Part shown: positions 39,578 through 51,604 of the stretch, piece by piece
Numbering within the stretch: position 1 is the stretch's first letter
Layout: each line of letters begins with the position of its first letter
Assembly: GCA_030390025.1 (NCBI GenBank)
Contig: CM059432.1
Span: 35,714,001-35,778,000, forward strand
DNA length: 64,000 nucleotides
DNA from: Squalus acanthias
Taxonomy: Eukaryota
Reading direction: 5' to 3'
Translations under genes and position numbers: made by a program
Notes under the pieces: generated by a model
Database searches by the model: none
Seen by the model: the letters and a program-made list of their open reading frames with translations, nothing else
Told to the model about the DNA's origin: nothing

Positions 39578-39733
39578 CTGACACCCCCACAACCAAATAA
39601 CCTAGCAACCACTCACTGTCTGGCCTCACATGTGAAAATAGGTAATTTGGTGACGGTTGAAAATGGGCACAGGATAAAAGGGTCATCTAATGTTTTGTGC
39701 TCTAACTGTTCTTCATTTCACTTTCAGTTGAAA

Positions 39734-39829
39734 ATGGGCAGCAAAAACAGTGGTGTGAAGGTGTTGGTGAGAATCAGGGCAACATCTAATTTTGCAACGG
39801 ATATGATTGAGTGTTGCCCTGACAATGAG
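39734..39829 (+). CDS. KIF9: KIF9 first coding exon (exon starts 39728)
   Basis: ctttcag| acceptor, ATG at 39734; MGSKNSGVKVLVRIRATSNFATDMIECCPDNE (kinesin N-terminal V-x-V-R-I-R strand); |gtaaga donor. Confidence 0.88.
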
Positions 39830-40582
39830 GTAAGAAACAGCAATACAGAGGAGCATTGTGTGTTTCTTTTAAAATTGAGACATCATGGTGAAGATCCAAG
39901 GCCCACGGCGTAGTATCTATCAACTCCGACTGGAAAGTGAGCATCCCCAGGTCGAATAGCTTGTCAAAAGAATCCAGGCTCACACATTTACAACTTCAGG
40001 AGATTTAACTACTAATAGCCTGTATTAAATCAGTAGTGCTGTTACTTCTGCTCTCTAATCACACAATTATGGAATCTAACTGGGTTCATCAGCTGGTGAA
40101 CAGATTAAGTACAGGTATCTAGGTACTGATTACCTGTTCTTTGGATTGCTCATTCATGTCCTCTCCTGCAGTGCTCAGAGCAGGTATATACTGTCATTAA
40201 AACTTCAGGGGTGAAATTCCTCTTTTAATAAAAAATGAAAGGATGCTTCTTTTTAGGAACATAGGAATTGCTAGATGAAGAAAGACTAAGGTCCATCTAA
40301 TTCACATTCTACCATCCTGGTAGTCGCGTGATACACTAATGAAATTCTTGACTAATCATAGCAATCAATCTGTATCAATTAATCTACAACAGACCCAGAT
40401 ATGACATGAGCAAAACCCCTAATAGCAGAGAGCTTTGGGAACCATAGGTCCAAAGTCACCTGTTCCTCCCAAGCATGCTACACTTACCACACATTTTGTC
40501 TCAAACTACTGTTTTTCTCTGCGATTACCAATCCACTAATGAAATTGCCTGTTTCAAAGTGGCCTGATCACACAATCTAATT

Positions 40583-40726
40583 TGCCCCTGCACTTGCTTA
40601 AAAACCTGTTCCATCTCCAGCTTTTTCCAGTTCTGACGAAGGGTCATCGACCTGAAACATTAACTCTGTTTCTCTCTCCACAGATGCTGCCTGACCTGCT
40701 GAATATTTCTAGCATTTTCTGTTTTT
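40583..40726 (+). mobile_element. Short retroposed repeat carrying a hammerhead motif (PLE-like)
   Basis: 16-bp TSD atcacacaatctaatt (40567-40582, 40727-40742); same family as 10611-15063 and 51499-51604. Confidence 0.75.
40629..40665 (+). ncRNA. Putative minimal type I hammerhead ribozyme
   Basis: agtt-CTGACGA-a-gggtc(atc)gacct-GAAA-ca-TT-aact: stem I agtt/aact, conserved core boxes, stem II hairpin, minimal stem III. Confidence 0.6.
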
Positions 40727-41560
40727 ATCACACAATCTAATTATTGGCTTGTTAAAGACAGATAAAAACAGTCACTGTCCCATTTTTCATCAGATGATGA
40801 TATGCGTGCCCCAATAAGTTTTTGTTTTTCTCTCCAATTTTCCCTCACATTTTTTCCCTTTTGTTTTCTCCTGAAGGAATTCCCTGATTTGTTTTTCATT
40901 GAGTAACCTAAGTTAATAGCCAAAGCTCATTGTGCAGGACACTGCCAAGACCCTATAGTTGTAATAGAGGACCTTCACTACAGCCATGAATGCTGGGATG
41001 GCCAAACTTCCATAGTATTTATTCTCAGAAGAGACATCGGCAATTACTGGCACATTCTATACACAAGTGAGGTTGTGACCCTGAGTTACGCTATCACTTG
41101 CATTTATATAAAACTTCAAAATGCTTTACATGGTCCATTTTGAAGTGCAGTGATTAATATGTTGAAAAGCACAGCAGCTATTCTACAACAGCATGCATTA
41201 CAAACGGCAATGAGTTCAGCTGTTTTTGGCAGTTGAGGGAGAACTCCCTCTTCTTCCTTGATTAGTGCCATTGAGTTTTTAATGTTTACCTGAACTACTG
41301 GAATAGCCAAAAAGTAACCCAGAAGTTGTGAGTTCAAGTCCCAGTGTCAAACTTGAGCCCACAACTTTCTGACCCAGAGACAACTGAGCCACACAAAGCT
41401 GCCTCACACTTAAGTCTACCACTGCATATGGGAGAGTTGGTCGGCCTGCCTTCAAACAGCTTCTTTGTTAATATGAACTATCAGTATAAGCTTTAGCTTG
41501 AATATATTTTTCAAATTTATTCAAATGATTTGAGTTCACATTTAACATATCTCATTGCAG

Positions 41561-41726
41561 ACAATAAAAATTCACACCAGACGAGATCAGCGTAAGGAGG
41601 TGGTCAACAACCAACACTGCGACTGGTCATTCAAAGTAGACGGGATTCTACACGATGCACCGCAGGATGTTGTGTACAATGCCGTCGCAAGGAATATGGT
41701 CTCTAGCACAATAAATGGCTTCAGCA
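41561..41726 (+). CDS. KIF9: KIF9 coding exon 2
   Basis: TIKIHTRRDQRKEVVNNQHCDWSFKVDGILHDAPQDVVYNAVARNMVSSTINGFS; VVNNQxxDWSFK is typical of kinesin-9; 166 bp, phase-1 donor gtacgt. Confidence 0.92.
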
Positions 41727-42436
41727 GTACGTACGTCTAAATCCAGGGCATTTTAGTGAGTTTAAGGCTCTTGTTGCTGACCTCACAAGGGATTGAGCCT
41801 GTTGCCGATGACATCGAAAGAGTAACCTGTTTCTGATGTGTGAACGTTGAAGTAAAGTTGCAGTTGGCAGTGCAGTTGCTGTGTATAAACACCCTACTTT
41901 GCTAATACCCGCTATGAATGACATGGAGTATTCGAACTTCCAATGTGGTGCAGGTTCATGCCTACAAGCCCTTGTATGGTGAGCTATTGGCCTAGGATGT
42001 GCCGTCAGCAGAGCTCCGAGTGGAGGCTGGTTACTTCCCCAAAGGTGGATAGGGCGACTCTGCAAAAGCTTAGTTGTTAAAGTTACTGTAGCGCTGAGCC
42101 ATAAACAGGAAGAACCTGCGATCGACCTCTATTCCACCATCAGTGGCAGAGCTATCAGCCATCTATCCTCCATACCCTTACTCCATCTCTCCCCATCATC
42201 AAAAGACTCCTTAAAACCTACCTTTTTGACCGCACCTTCGGTCAGTTCCTCTAACTCTTCCCCTGTTGCTGCTCCGGTTCGATCCTTCACCTTGTGAAGT
42301 GTTTTGGGACTTTTTTTTTAACATTGAAAGTGCTCTCTAAGTGACAATTAAAGACACATGTGCTTTGTGGAGATAAGGTATATTGTTGGAACACTGTTAG
42401 GAACTCGATGCTGCATTTTAGCTCATGCTATTCCTG

Positions 42437-43485
42437 TCTAGCATCAATTGCCATTTGTGGAAGAGAGTTCCAAACTTCTATTACCCTTTGTGTGTAGAAG
42501 TGTTTCGTAATTTCACTCCTGAAAGGTCTGGCTCTAATTTTTAGACTATGCCCCCTAGTCCTAGAATCCCCAACCAGCAGAAATAGTTTCTCTCTATCTA
42601 CCCTATCTGTTCCCCTTAATATCCTGAAAACTTCGATCAGATCACCCCTTAACCTTCTAAATTCTAGGGAATACAACCCTAATTTGTGTAATCTCGCCTC
42701 GTAAATTAACCCTTGATGTCCAGGTATCATTCTGGTAAATCTACTCTGCACTCTCTCCAAGGCCAATATATCCTTCCTAAGGTGTGGTGCCCAGAACTGC
42801 TCACAGTACTCCAGGTGTGGTTTAACCAGGGTTTTGTATAGCTGCAGCATAACTTCTACCCCCTTGTATTCTAGTCCTCTAGATATAAAGGCCAGCATTC
42901 CATTAGCTTTTTTGATTATTTTCTGGACCTGTTCATGACATTTTAATGATCTATGTACCTGGACCCCCATGTCTCTTTGGACCTCCACTGTTTTTAGCCT
43001 TTCACCATTTAGAAAGAACCCTGTTCTATCCTTGTTAGGTCCAAAGTGGATGACCTCACATTTGCTTACATTGAAATCCATTTGCCACAGTTTTGCCCAT
43101 TCACTTAATCTGTCGATATCCCTTTGTAATTTTATGCTTTCATGTACACTGCCTACAGTGCTGCCTATCTTTGTGTCATCGGCAAATTTGGATATATGTC
43201 TTTCTATGCCATCATCTAAGTCGTTAATAAATATTGTGAATAGTTGAGGCCCCAACACAGGTCCCTGCGGGGCACCATTAGTCACATCCTGATAATTTGA
43301 GTATCTGCCCATTATCCCTACTCTCTGTCTCCTACTGCTCAGCCAACTTCCAAACCAAGTCAATAATTTGCCCTCAATTCCGTGGGCTTTACCTTAGATA
43401 ACAGTCTCTTATGTGGGACTTTATCAAATGCCTTCTGGAAGTCCATATAAATAACATCCATAGATATTCCCTTGTCCACTACTTT
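42437..43485 (-). mobile_element. CR1 RT fragment, inverted near-twin of 47440-49180
   Basis: 311-aa RT ORF nearly identical to the + strand copy downstream. Confidence 0.9.
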
Positions 43486-43775
43486 AGGACACAGATTTAA
43501 GGTGATTGGCAAAAGAACCAGCAGCAACATGAGGAAACTTTTTTTTACGCAGCGAGTTGTTGTGTCTGGAATGTACTGCCTGAAAGGGTGGTGGAAGCAG
43601 ATTCAATAGTAACATTCAAAAGAGAGTTGGATAAATACTTGAACAGAAAACTTTACAGGGCTATGGGGAAAGACCAAGGGAGTGAGACTAATTGGGTAGC
43701 TCTACCAAACAGCCGGCACAAGCACAAGGTGCCGAATGGCCTCCTCCTGTGCTGTATCATTCTACGATTCTGTGA
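43486..43775 (+). mobile_element. CR1 3' fragment
   Basis: VVEADSIVTFKRELDKYL followed by CR1 3' UTR. Confidence 0.8.
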
Positions 43776-44520
43776 ATACTTCGGGTGTAGACTCTTCAGA
43801 ACGGAAAAGTAGAAAATAAGTGAGCCAGGTAATGGTACTAAACAAAACAAAAGGGAGGGCTGAAGGGAGAGATAGTTGCTCGGATACCTAAATAGGCTTA
43901 ATTGAAAAGCTGGGAAAGAGATAAAAGCTGGTGGAGAATCAATGAAGATCATCTCAGTGAGAAAGTGAAAATGAATTATAAGAAGAAAGGGGCATAAAAA
44001 TAGAAAATGAGAAAAGCTAGAAACACAAATTCTGAAATAAAATCAGAAAGTACTGGAAAGACACAGCACACTACCAGAACCCAGACCCAAAAATGGAAAA
44101 GGCGAGCCAATGTCCTTTGTGCTCTTGCGGGGTGAGGGGGAGTCCTCAGCTGGAGTGTTGACATGTCTTTTCTCTTTTCAGGTGCTGACGACCTGCTTGC
44201 GTGTTCCCAGCATTTTCTGTTGTTTTAATTTCAGATTTCAGCATCTGCATCATTACCATTTAAGGGCTGACTTATTTTCCAGTTCTGACGAATTTTCAAC
44301 AGATGCAATCGGACCTGGTGTGCATTTCCAGTATTTCCAGTTTCTTTTTATTTGCATTGAGAATGTCTGTGTTCAACCCTTGGTGCTTAAATGGAACAGT
44401 CTTTAATTCCTCAACATTTACACCCCTCACCTTGATGACCACACAAAAAATCTGGGGAGGAGGGGACAGGAAAACAAATATCATGTATAAATGACAGACT
44501 GTTCTTCACATTTCCTGTAG

Positions 44521-44627
44521 GTACAATAATGTGTTATGGGCAAACAGGGGCAGGAAAAACCTACACAATGACTGGAGCTACGGAGAAGTACAACTACCGG
44601 GGTATCATCCCCAGGGCAATTCAACAG
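44521..44627 (+). CDS. KIF9: KIF9 coding exon 3 (P-loop)
   Basis: cctgtag| acceptor; TIMCYGQTGAGKTYTMTGATEKYNYRGIIPRAIQQ containing the Walker A motif; |gtactg donor; 107 bp. Confidence 0.95.
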
Positions 44628-46337
44628 GTACTGATTTGCAATGGCAGAACTACAGTCATTGGTTCATTGAGATTTTGTCTCCGGTTCACCCTGAGCTCCA
44701 GATACACCGTCCTACCCATGTTCCTTCTTCCTGCATTGTCATGTGTTAATCAACACTCATCGCCCCGCTTCCTACTGTAACACATTCTTCCACAGGTTCT
44801 CAAAACTGGAAATCTTTCCTTCCCTTATCTTCCCTCCATCCAGCAATCCATGGGCTTTAAAAAGCCAAGCCTGGCTTCGTCTAATCACTGTGGTATAAAT
44901 TTGACGGCACCCGGTTTCGGGTGTGAATGGGCGACGAGGCCAGAGACCGGCCCTGAAATTAAGCCTCGGCCTCATTAATATGGCCTGTCATGCCATCAAG
45001 GGATGGATTGGCAGGATTCTGGGGCTGCTTGTGACCTCAGGGTCGCAATTTGGCCATTCCTGCTGAATGGATGAGTAAGAGGCTATAGTAGTATAGATAA
45101 AGAGAGATAAGATAGCTTGCAATGAAATGATAGAAGCTGGAGGCTAGAGATGAAAGGAACTGCCCATCAGCAAACAAGATATTTCTTGCAAAGAAGAATT
45201 TGCATTAATATAGTGCCTTACATTATCCTCAAAACATCCAATGAATTACTTTTGAAGTGTAGTCACAGTTGATATGTAGACAATGCAGCAGCCAATTTAC
45301 AAACAACAAGGTCCTACAAAGAACAAATGAGATAAATTACCAACTAATCTCTTGGTGGTGTTGGTTTAAGAATGATTGTTGGCCAGGACACCAGCCGAAC
45401 TCCCTTCTATTTGTCGAATAGTGGTATGGGATCACGTCCATTTGAACAGGCAGATGGGATTTGGTTTAACGTCTCATCTAAAAGAAGGCACTACCAACAA
45501 AGTAACACTGTCTCAGTACTGCATTGAAGTGACAGCCTAGATTTATTTTCTCAAGTCCTGGAATGGAACTATTTTCCACAACCTTCTAACTTAGAGACAA
45601 GAGTGCAAAGGGTGTCGGGGACGGAGGTAAGAGGAGGGAGTGGAGGATGGGGAATGGGAAGATGACAGCAGTCAAAGGCTGAGAAACTACCTCGGTGGAG
45701 GTGGGAGGGTTGCTCCCCTTCCATTCTGCAGGGATGGATTTCCCTCAGTATGGGTGGGCGGTGGTCAGCCACTATGTTTCATCAGACTCATGTTCCTTAC
45801 AACAAGAAGGGTGGGTGCTGGGTGGAGGGTCCGGTTTCTGGTTCGAGGAGGGGGGGAGCAGAAGGCCCATTATTCTGTTGAATGGGGATGTGTGAGGAAG
45901 ACCTGTTTTTCTTCTCTCTAGGGGAGCAGGACTCTCTTTTCTGTCTCAGTAGTGAGACCATTTCTGTACTCCATGGAGGTGTGTATGCCCTGTTTTACAA
46001 CTCCTTGAACTGGGGGGAGGGAGCCGCAGGCGTTTCTCAATGTTTGGTGCTTCTCCAGTGATAAGCATGGAATAGGGAAGTTTCCCTGTCAGCAGAGTGG
46101 CTGGGGGGTTATTATCAATTATACAAAGTTAAGTTTAATTCAATGTGTCATTGATCCAGTGGTAGCGCTCTCGCCGCTGTGTCATAATGTCATGGGTTCA
46201 AACACCACCCAAAAGAGTTAGCACATAATCTAGGCCGACACTTCAGTGCAGTACTGAAGGAGCACTGCACTGTCGGAGGTGCCATCTTTCGGTTGAGACG
46301 CTAAACCGAGGCCTCGTCTTCTCTCTCAGGTGGATGT

Positions 46338-49300
46338 TAAACAAACTAACTGTGCGTGAACATTTATCCAATAGTGATTATAACATGATCGAGTTCAACG
46401 TAGCGTTTGAAAGGGAGAAACGTGAAACCGATACTAAGATTCTAGATTTGGGTAAGACTGACTTCACCGGGATGAGGCAGAAACTGTCCACAGTAAACTG
46501 GGCAAATCTGTTAATGGGTAAAACAACAGAAGATCAGTGGGAGATGTTCAAAAAAGAATATAATGTGATACAGAACCAGTTTAGACCCCTAAGCGGTAAG
46601 AGCTCTACTTACCAAAAAAAACAGTCATGGACGACTAAAGAGGTAAGGGACAGCATAAAACTAAAAGAAAAGCATACAAAAATGCAAAAACTAGCACAGA
46701 TCCTGACGAATGCGAAAGATACAAAGAACAGCAAAGGGTCACAAAACATAGTAAGAGCTACAAAAAGGGAGTATGATAAGAAACTTGCAAGGGATGTCAA
46801 AATCAATACAAAGAAATTTTACAATTACATTAGAAAAAAAGTGTAGTCAGGAGCAATGTTGGCCCCTTAAAAACTGAAAGCGGTGATATTGTCAATGATA
46901 ATAAGGAAATGGCGGACATGTTGAATAATTACTTTGCGTCAGTATTTACAGTAGAAGAAGAGGATAGCATGCCAGAAAGCCCAAGTAAACTAATACTGAA
47001 TCGGGGACAGGGACTCAATAAAATTAACATAAGTAAAATAACAGTAATGAAGAAAATAATGGCACTAATGAGTGACAAATCCCCAGGACCAGATGGTTCC
47101 ATCTCAGGGTTTTAAAGGAAGTGGGTGAGCACATTGCAGATGCCCTAACTATAATCTTCCAAAGTTCTCTCGATTCAGGAACCGTTCCTTTAGATTGGAA
47201 AATTGCGAATGTCACTCTGCTATTTAAGAATGGCAAGAGAGGAAAACCAGGGAATTATAGATCAGTTAGCCTAACAGCTGTTGTCAGGAAATTGCTAGAG
47301 CCTGTAATTAAGGATAGGGTGACTGAACACCTTGAAAATGTTCAGTTGATCAGAGAGAGTCAGCGTGGATTTGTGAAAGGTAGGTCATGCCTGACAAACC
47401 TGATTGAATTTTTTGAAGAGGTGACAAAAGTAGTAGACAGGAAAATGACTATGGCTGTTGTTTATATGGACTTCCAGAAGGCATTTGATAAAGTCCCACA
47501 TAAGAGACTGTTATCTAAGGTAAAGCCCACGGAATTGAGGGCAAATTATTGACTTGGTTTGGAAATTGGCTGAGCAGTAGGAGACGGAGAGTAGGGATAA
47601 TGGGCAGATACTCAAATTGGCAGGATGTGACTAATGGTGTCCCGCAGGGACCTGTGTTGGGGCCTCAACTATTCACAATATTTATTAACGACTTAGATGA
47701 TGGCATAGAAAGACATATATCCAGATTTGCCGATGACACAAAGATAGGCAGCATTGTAGGCAGTGTAGATGAAAGCATAAAATTACAAAGGGATATCGAC
47801 AGATTAAGTGAATGGGCAAAACTGTGGCAAATGGATTTCAATGTAAGCAAATGTGAGGTCATCCACTTTGGACCTATAAAGGATAGAACAGGGTACTTTC
47901 TAAATGGTGAAAAGCTAAAAACAGTGGAGGTCCAAAGAGACATGGGGGTTCAGGTACATAGATCATTAAAATGTCATGAACAGGTACAGAAAATAATCAG
48001 AAAAGCTAATGGAATGCTGGTCTTTATATTTAGAGGACTAGAATACAAGGGGTAGAAGTTATGCTGCAGCTATACAAAACCCTGGTTAAACCACACCTGG
48101 AGTACTGTGAGCAGTTCTGGGCACCACACCTTAGGAAGGATATATTGGCCTTGGAGGGAGTGCAGAGTAGGTTTACCAGAATGATACCTGGACATCAAGG
48201 GTTAAGTTACAAGGAGAGACTACATAAATTAGGGTTGTCTTCCCTAGAATTTATCTGATCTGATCAAAGTTTTCAGGATATTAAGGGGAACAGATAGGGT
48301 AGCTAGAGAGAAACTATTTCTGCTGGTTGGGGATTCTAGGACTAGGGGCCATAGTCTAAAAATTAGAGCCCAACCTTTCAGGAGTGAAATTAGGAAACAC
48401 TTCACACACGGGGAGAAATTCGGTATTGCCCCGTTTGGGACGCTAACTTTTAAAAGTTGAAAAAATTAGTGCCAGGCGCTAATGCTTTTCAAATTTAAAA
48501 AAATTCGGGGTTTGCACTCCTGGAAGGAAGTGGAGCGCTTGATTTAGCACTCCACTTCGTTCCTGGAGCGCAACAGGCAGCAGCAGGCGGAGCGGTAGAT
48601 GTGCAGCCCTGCACAATGGGCCGTGCAGCGCTGCCCCGTTGGAAGGCTCCTTCTCTCCCTTAAAGGGAAGGGCCGTCACTACTGGCTCTGCAAGAGGAAA
48701 CCTTACCTGGTCCCCGACGGCAGCCGCGGTCCGACCCGATCAGCCCGATGCACTGCAGCAGAGTGCCAGGCTGATCAATCGCTGACGAAGAGAAATGAAA
48801 AAAAAAGATAGAGCATTTCAGAATTCTTTTCACTTACCTCGGCCACCTCGCCTTTAAGTATCGCGCCCGGCCTCCCAATGAGCGCCTCCTGCAGCTGCCG
48901 GTATTTTCGCCCAGCGATGCTGCAGGGGGCGGAACCGAAGTTCGGGTCTAGGGTGACGACGCACGGTGAAGACGTCAAGATCTCCAGGTGAAGGAGATCG
49001 GGGCGCAACGCCATACCGCTGTTGCAAACCTCCCACTGAATATAGCAGGAGTCGATCTTCTCGCCACGCTTACTGCTTAGCTCCCGGAGGCGATAACGGG
49101 AGGCGCTAAGGAGGCCAATTTCTAGCCCATAGGGTGGTAGAAGTTTGGAACACTCTTCTGCAAATGGCAATTGATGCTAGATCAATTGTTAATTTTAAAT
49201 CTGAAATTGATAGCTTTTTGTTAACCAAAGGTATTAAGGAATATGAGCCAAAGGTGGGTATATGGAGTTAGGTCGCAGACCAGCCATGATCTCATTGAAT

Positions 49301-49355
49301 GGCGGAACAAGCTCGAGGGGCTGAATGGCCTACTCCTGTTCCTATGTTCCTGTTC
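46338..49355 (+). mobile_element. 5'-truncated CR1 inserted in a Deu-SINE and carrying a MITE
   Basis: ORF2 fragments 46334-48258; host SINE sequence caggtggatgttaa resumes as taaagatcccatg at ~49357. Confidence 0.9.
48409..49128. mobile_element. GC-rich Harbinger-type MITE inserted in a CR1 3' region
   Basis: Ends (c)ggggagaaatt / aatttctagccc; interrupts the CR1 sequence cacttc..acaca|..gggtggtagaagtttgg. Confidence 0.7.
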
Positions 49356-49611
49356 CTAAAGATCCCATGACACTATTTGAAGAAGAGCAGGGGAGTTCTC
49401 CCGGTGTCCTGGCCAACACTTATCCCTCAACCAACATCACTAAAACAGATGATCTGGTCATGTATCTCATTCCTGTTTGTGGGACCTTACTGCCATGTTT
49501 CCCTATATTACGACAGTGACTACACTTCAAAAGTACATCATTGGCTGTGAAGTCTTTTGGGATGTTCTGAGGTCATGAAAGGTGCTATGTAAATACACAT
49601 TTTCTTTCTAT

Positions 49612-50830
49612 CTCGCCGTCTTTCGGATGAGACGTTAAACTGAGGCCCCATCTGCTCTCTCAGGTGGACGTAAAAGATCCCATGGCACTATTTCGAAGAA
49701 GAGCAGGGGAGTGTGGCTGCAGTGTGTACCATCTACAAGATGCACTGCAGCAACTCGCCAAGGCTTCTTCGGCAGCACCTCCCAAACCCGCGACCTCTTC
49801 CACCTGTCGAAGTTTCGACTTCCGAGTAAGACTCTTTAAACAATAATATCGTCAAAGAAGGCTTTTTATTATATTTTACTTGCAAGGAGACTGCAACCAT
49901 AGCCCAATTAGCTATGATGACAGACTGCAGAGTCACAGAAAATGGAGTATTCTTATACACTGATAATATCACATGACATGTTGTTTAAGGTAAGCTAAGT
50001 TAAAAGTTTAAAAAAAAACACATAAGAAATGCCTTACGGTGAAACTAACTAATCCCTATAAAATGGAGTCTATCTGTCCTTTTCTCACCAAGGCCAAGGC
50101 CCTGGTTGTTTACTTCACTAGCCCTTGGTTATCTCAATTTAAGCCTGTTGTTTTCTTTTGTGCTAGCAGACTTTGCTGACAGCATAGTCTAAAACTTTAA
50201 ATTTATTTTCATGAAAAACATAACAATGGATTTTTTCCTTTCCACACAAGTCAGAGTCGGGCATTTTGTATCAGTTTAAATTCAAGGAAGCCATTTTGTC
50301 CGAGACAAAAAACTGCACTTCCACACACCTAGAAGGACAAGGGCAGCAGGCGCATGGGAACACCACCACCTCCAAGTTCCCCTCCAAGTCACACACCATC
50401 CTGACTTAGAAGTATATCGCCAATCCTTCATCATCACTAGGTCAAAATCCTGGAACTCCCTACCTAACAGCACTGTGGGAGTACCTTCACCACACGGACT
50501 GTAGCGGTTCAAGAAGGCGGCTCACCACCACCTTCTCAAGGGCTACTAGGGATGGGCAATAAATGCTGGCCTTGCCAGCGACGCCCAGATCCCATAAGCG
50601 AATAAAAAAAAAGTTATCCCCGGTGTCCTGGCCAATATTTATCCCTCAACCAACATAACAAAAACATTATCTGGTCATTATCACATTGCTGTTTGTGGGA
50701 CCTTGCTGTGCGCAAATTGGCTGCCGCGTTTCCCACATTACAACAGTGACTCCACTTCAAAAAGTGGCTGTAAAGTGCTTTGAGACGTCTGGTGCTCGTG
50801 AAAGGCACTATATAAATGCAAGTCTTTCTT
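49612..50830 (+). repeat. Deu-SINE split by a LINE 3' fragment (49711-50612), which is itself split by the solo LTR
   Basis: gaagagcagggga|...|gttatccccggtgtcctggcc rejoins the SINE core; the LINE ends in an A-rich tail at 50601-50612. Confidence 0.75.
49805..50325 (-). mobile_element. Solo LTR (Gypsy- or ERV-type)
   Basis: TG...CA ends with short inverted repeat tgtcgaag/cttccaca; 4-bp TSD cacc (49801-49804, 50326-50329); removing it restores the host LINE sequence cttccacctagaagg; minus-strand AATAAA near 49865. Confidence 0.75.
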
Positions 50831-51154
50831 TCTCAATGAATTGAATGAATCCGATCATAACTGTATGTTTACGTAGTATGAAATGCAACAGTTTAATCAC
50901 TCATATCTGGCCTTGTCTTCCCAAGTGTTTCCTCAGTTCATCTTTGAAGAGATTGAAGAAGTACACGTGCAAAAGACATGGATATCCAGTTTGGATCACA
51001 AGGGGATACTTTTGTTACAGTGCTTATGGGAGTGTCTAGCACCGCTGTACCTGAGAGAATATCTAAGGCAGGACCCTAAACTTGTAACAGAGGGAATGGG
51101 AAAAAATTGGAAAAAGAACAAGAAGGAAAAATGTTCTACTGTTTTTTCCCGCAG

Positions 51155-51379
51155 ATATTTAAAGAGATGGAAGAACAGGCAGACCTCTCCCTCACCGTGT
51201 ACGTCTCTTACCTGGAGATCTACAATGAGACACTCTTTGACCTCCTGTCCAGCCTGCCTGACAGTCCGACCCCTGATGCGCACATGACAATAGTGGAGGA
51301 CAGCCACGGCGTGCACATCAGAGGGCTCTCCATCCACCTGGTCAGCAATGAGGAAGATGCCCTCAACTATCTGTTTGAG
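51155..51379 (+). CDS. KIF9: KIF9 coding exon 4
   Basis: ttcccgcag| acceptor; IFKEMEEQADLSLTVYVSYLEIYNETLFDLL...EEDALNYLFE; |gtgaga donor; 225 bp. Confidence 0.95.
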
Positions 51380-51498
51380 GTGAGAAAGCTCAGGAGAGGT
51401 GGAGAGGCCTGGCAGTGGAATCAACAATTGGGGGGCGGGGGGGGGAATTAAAAAAAAATCATTCTCTGAATGTGTCAAGGCCAGCATATATTGCCCAT

Positions 51499-51604
51499 CT
51501 GATGGATTTTGATGGAAGGTCATTGACCTGAAATGTTAACTGTTTCTCTCTGCACAGATTCTGCCTGACCTGCTGAGTGTTTTCTAGCATTTTCTGTTAT
51601 TATT
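51499..51604 (+). mobile_element. Degenerate copy of the hammerhead/PLE-like repeat
   Basis: ttgatggaaggtcattgacctgaaatgttaac...; 10-bp TSD tattgcccat (51489-51498, 51605-51614) inside a SINE. Confidence 0.65.
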
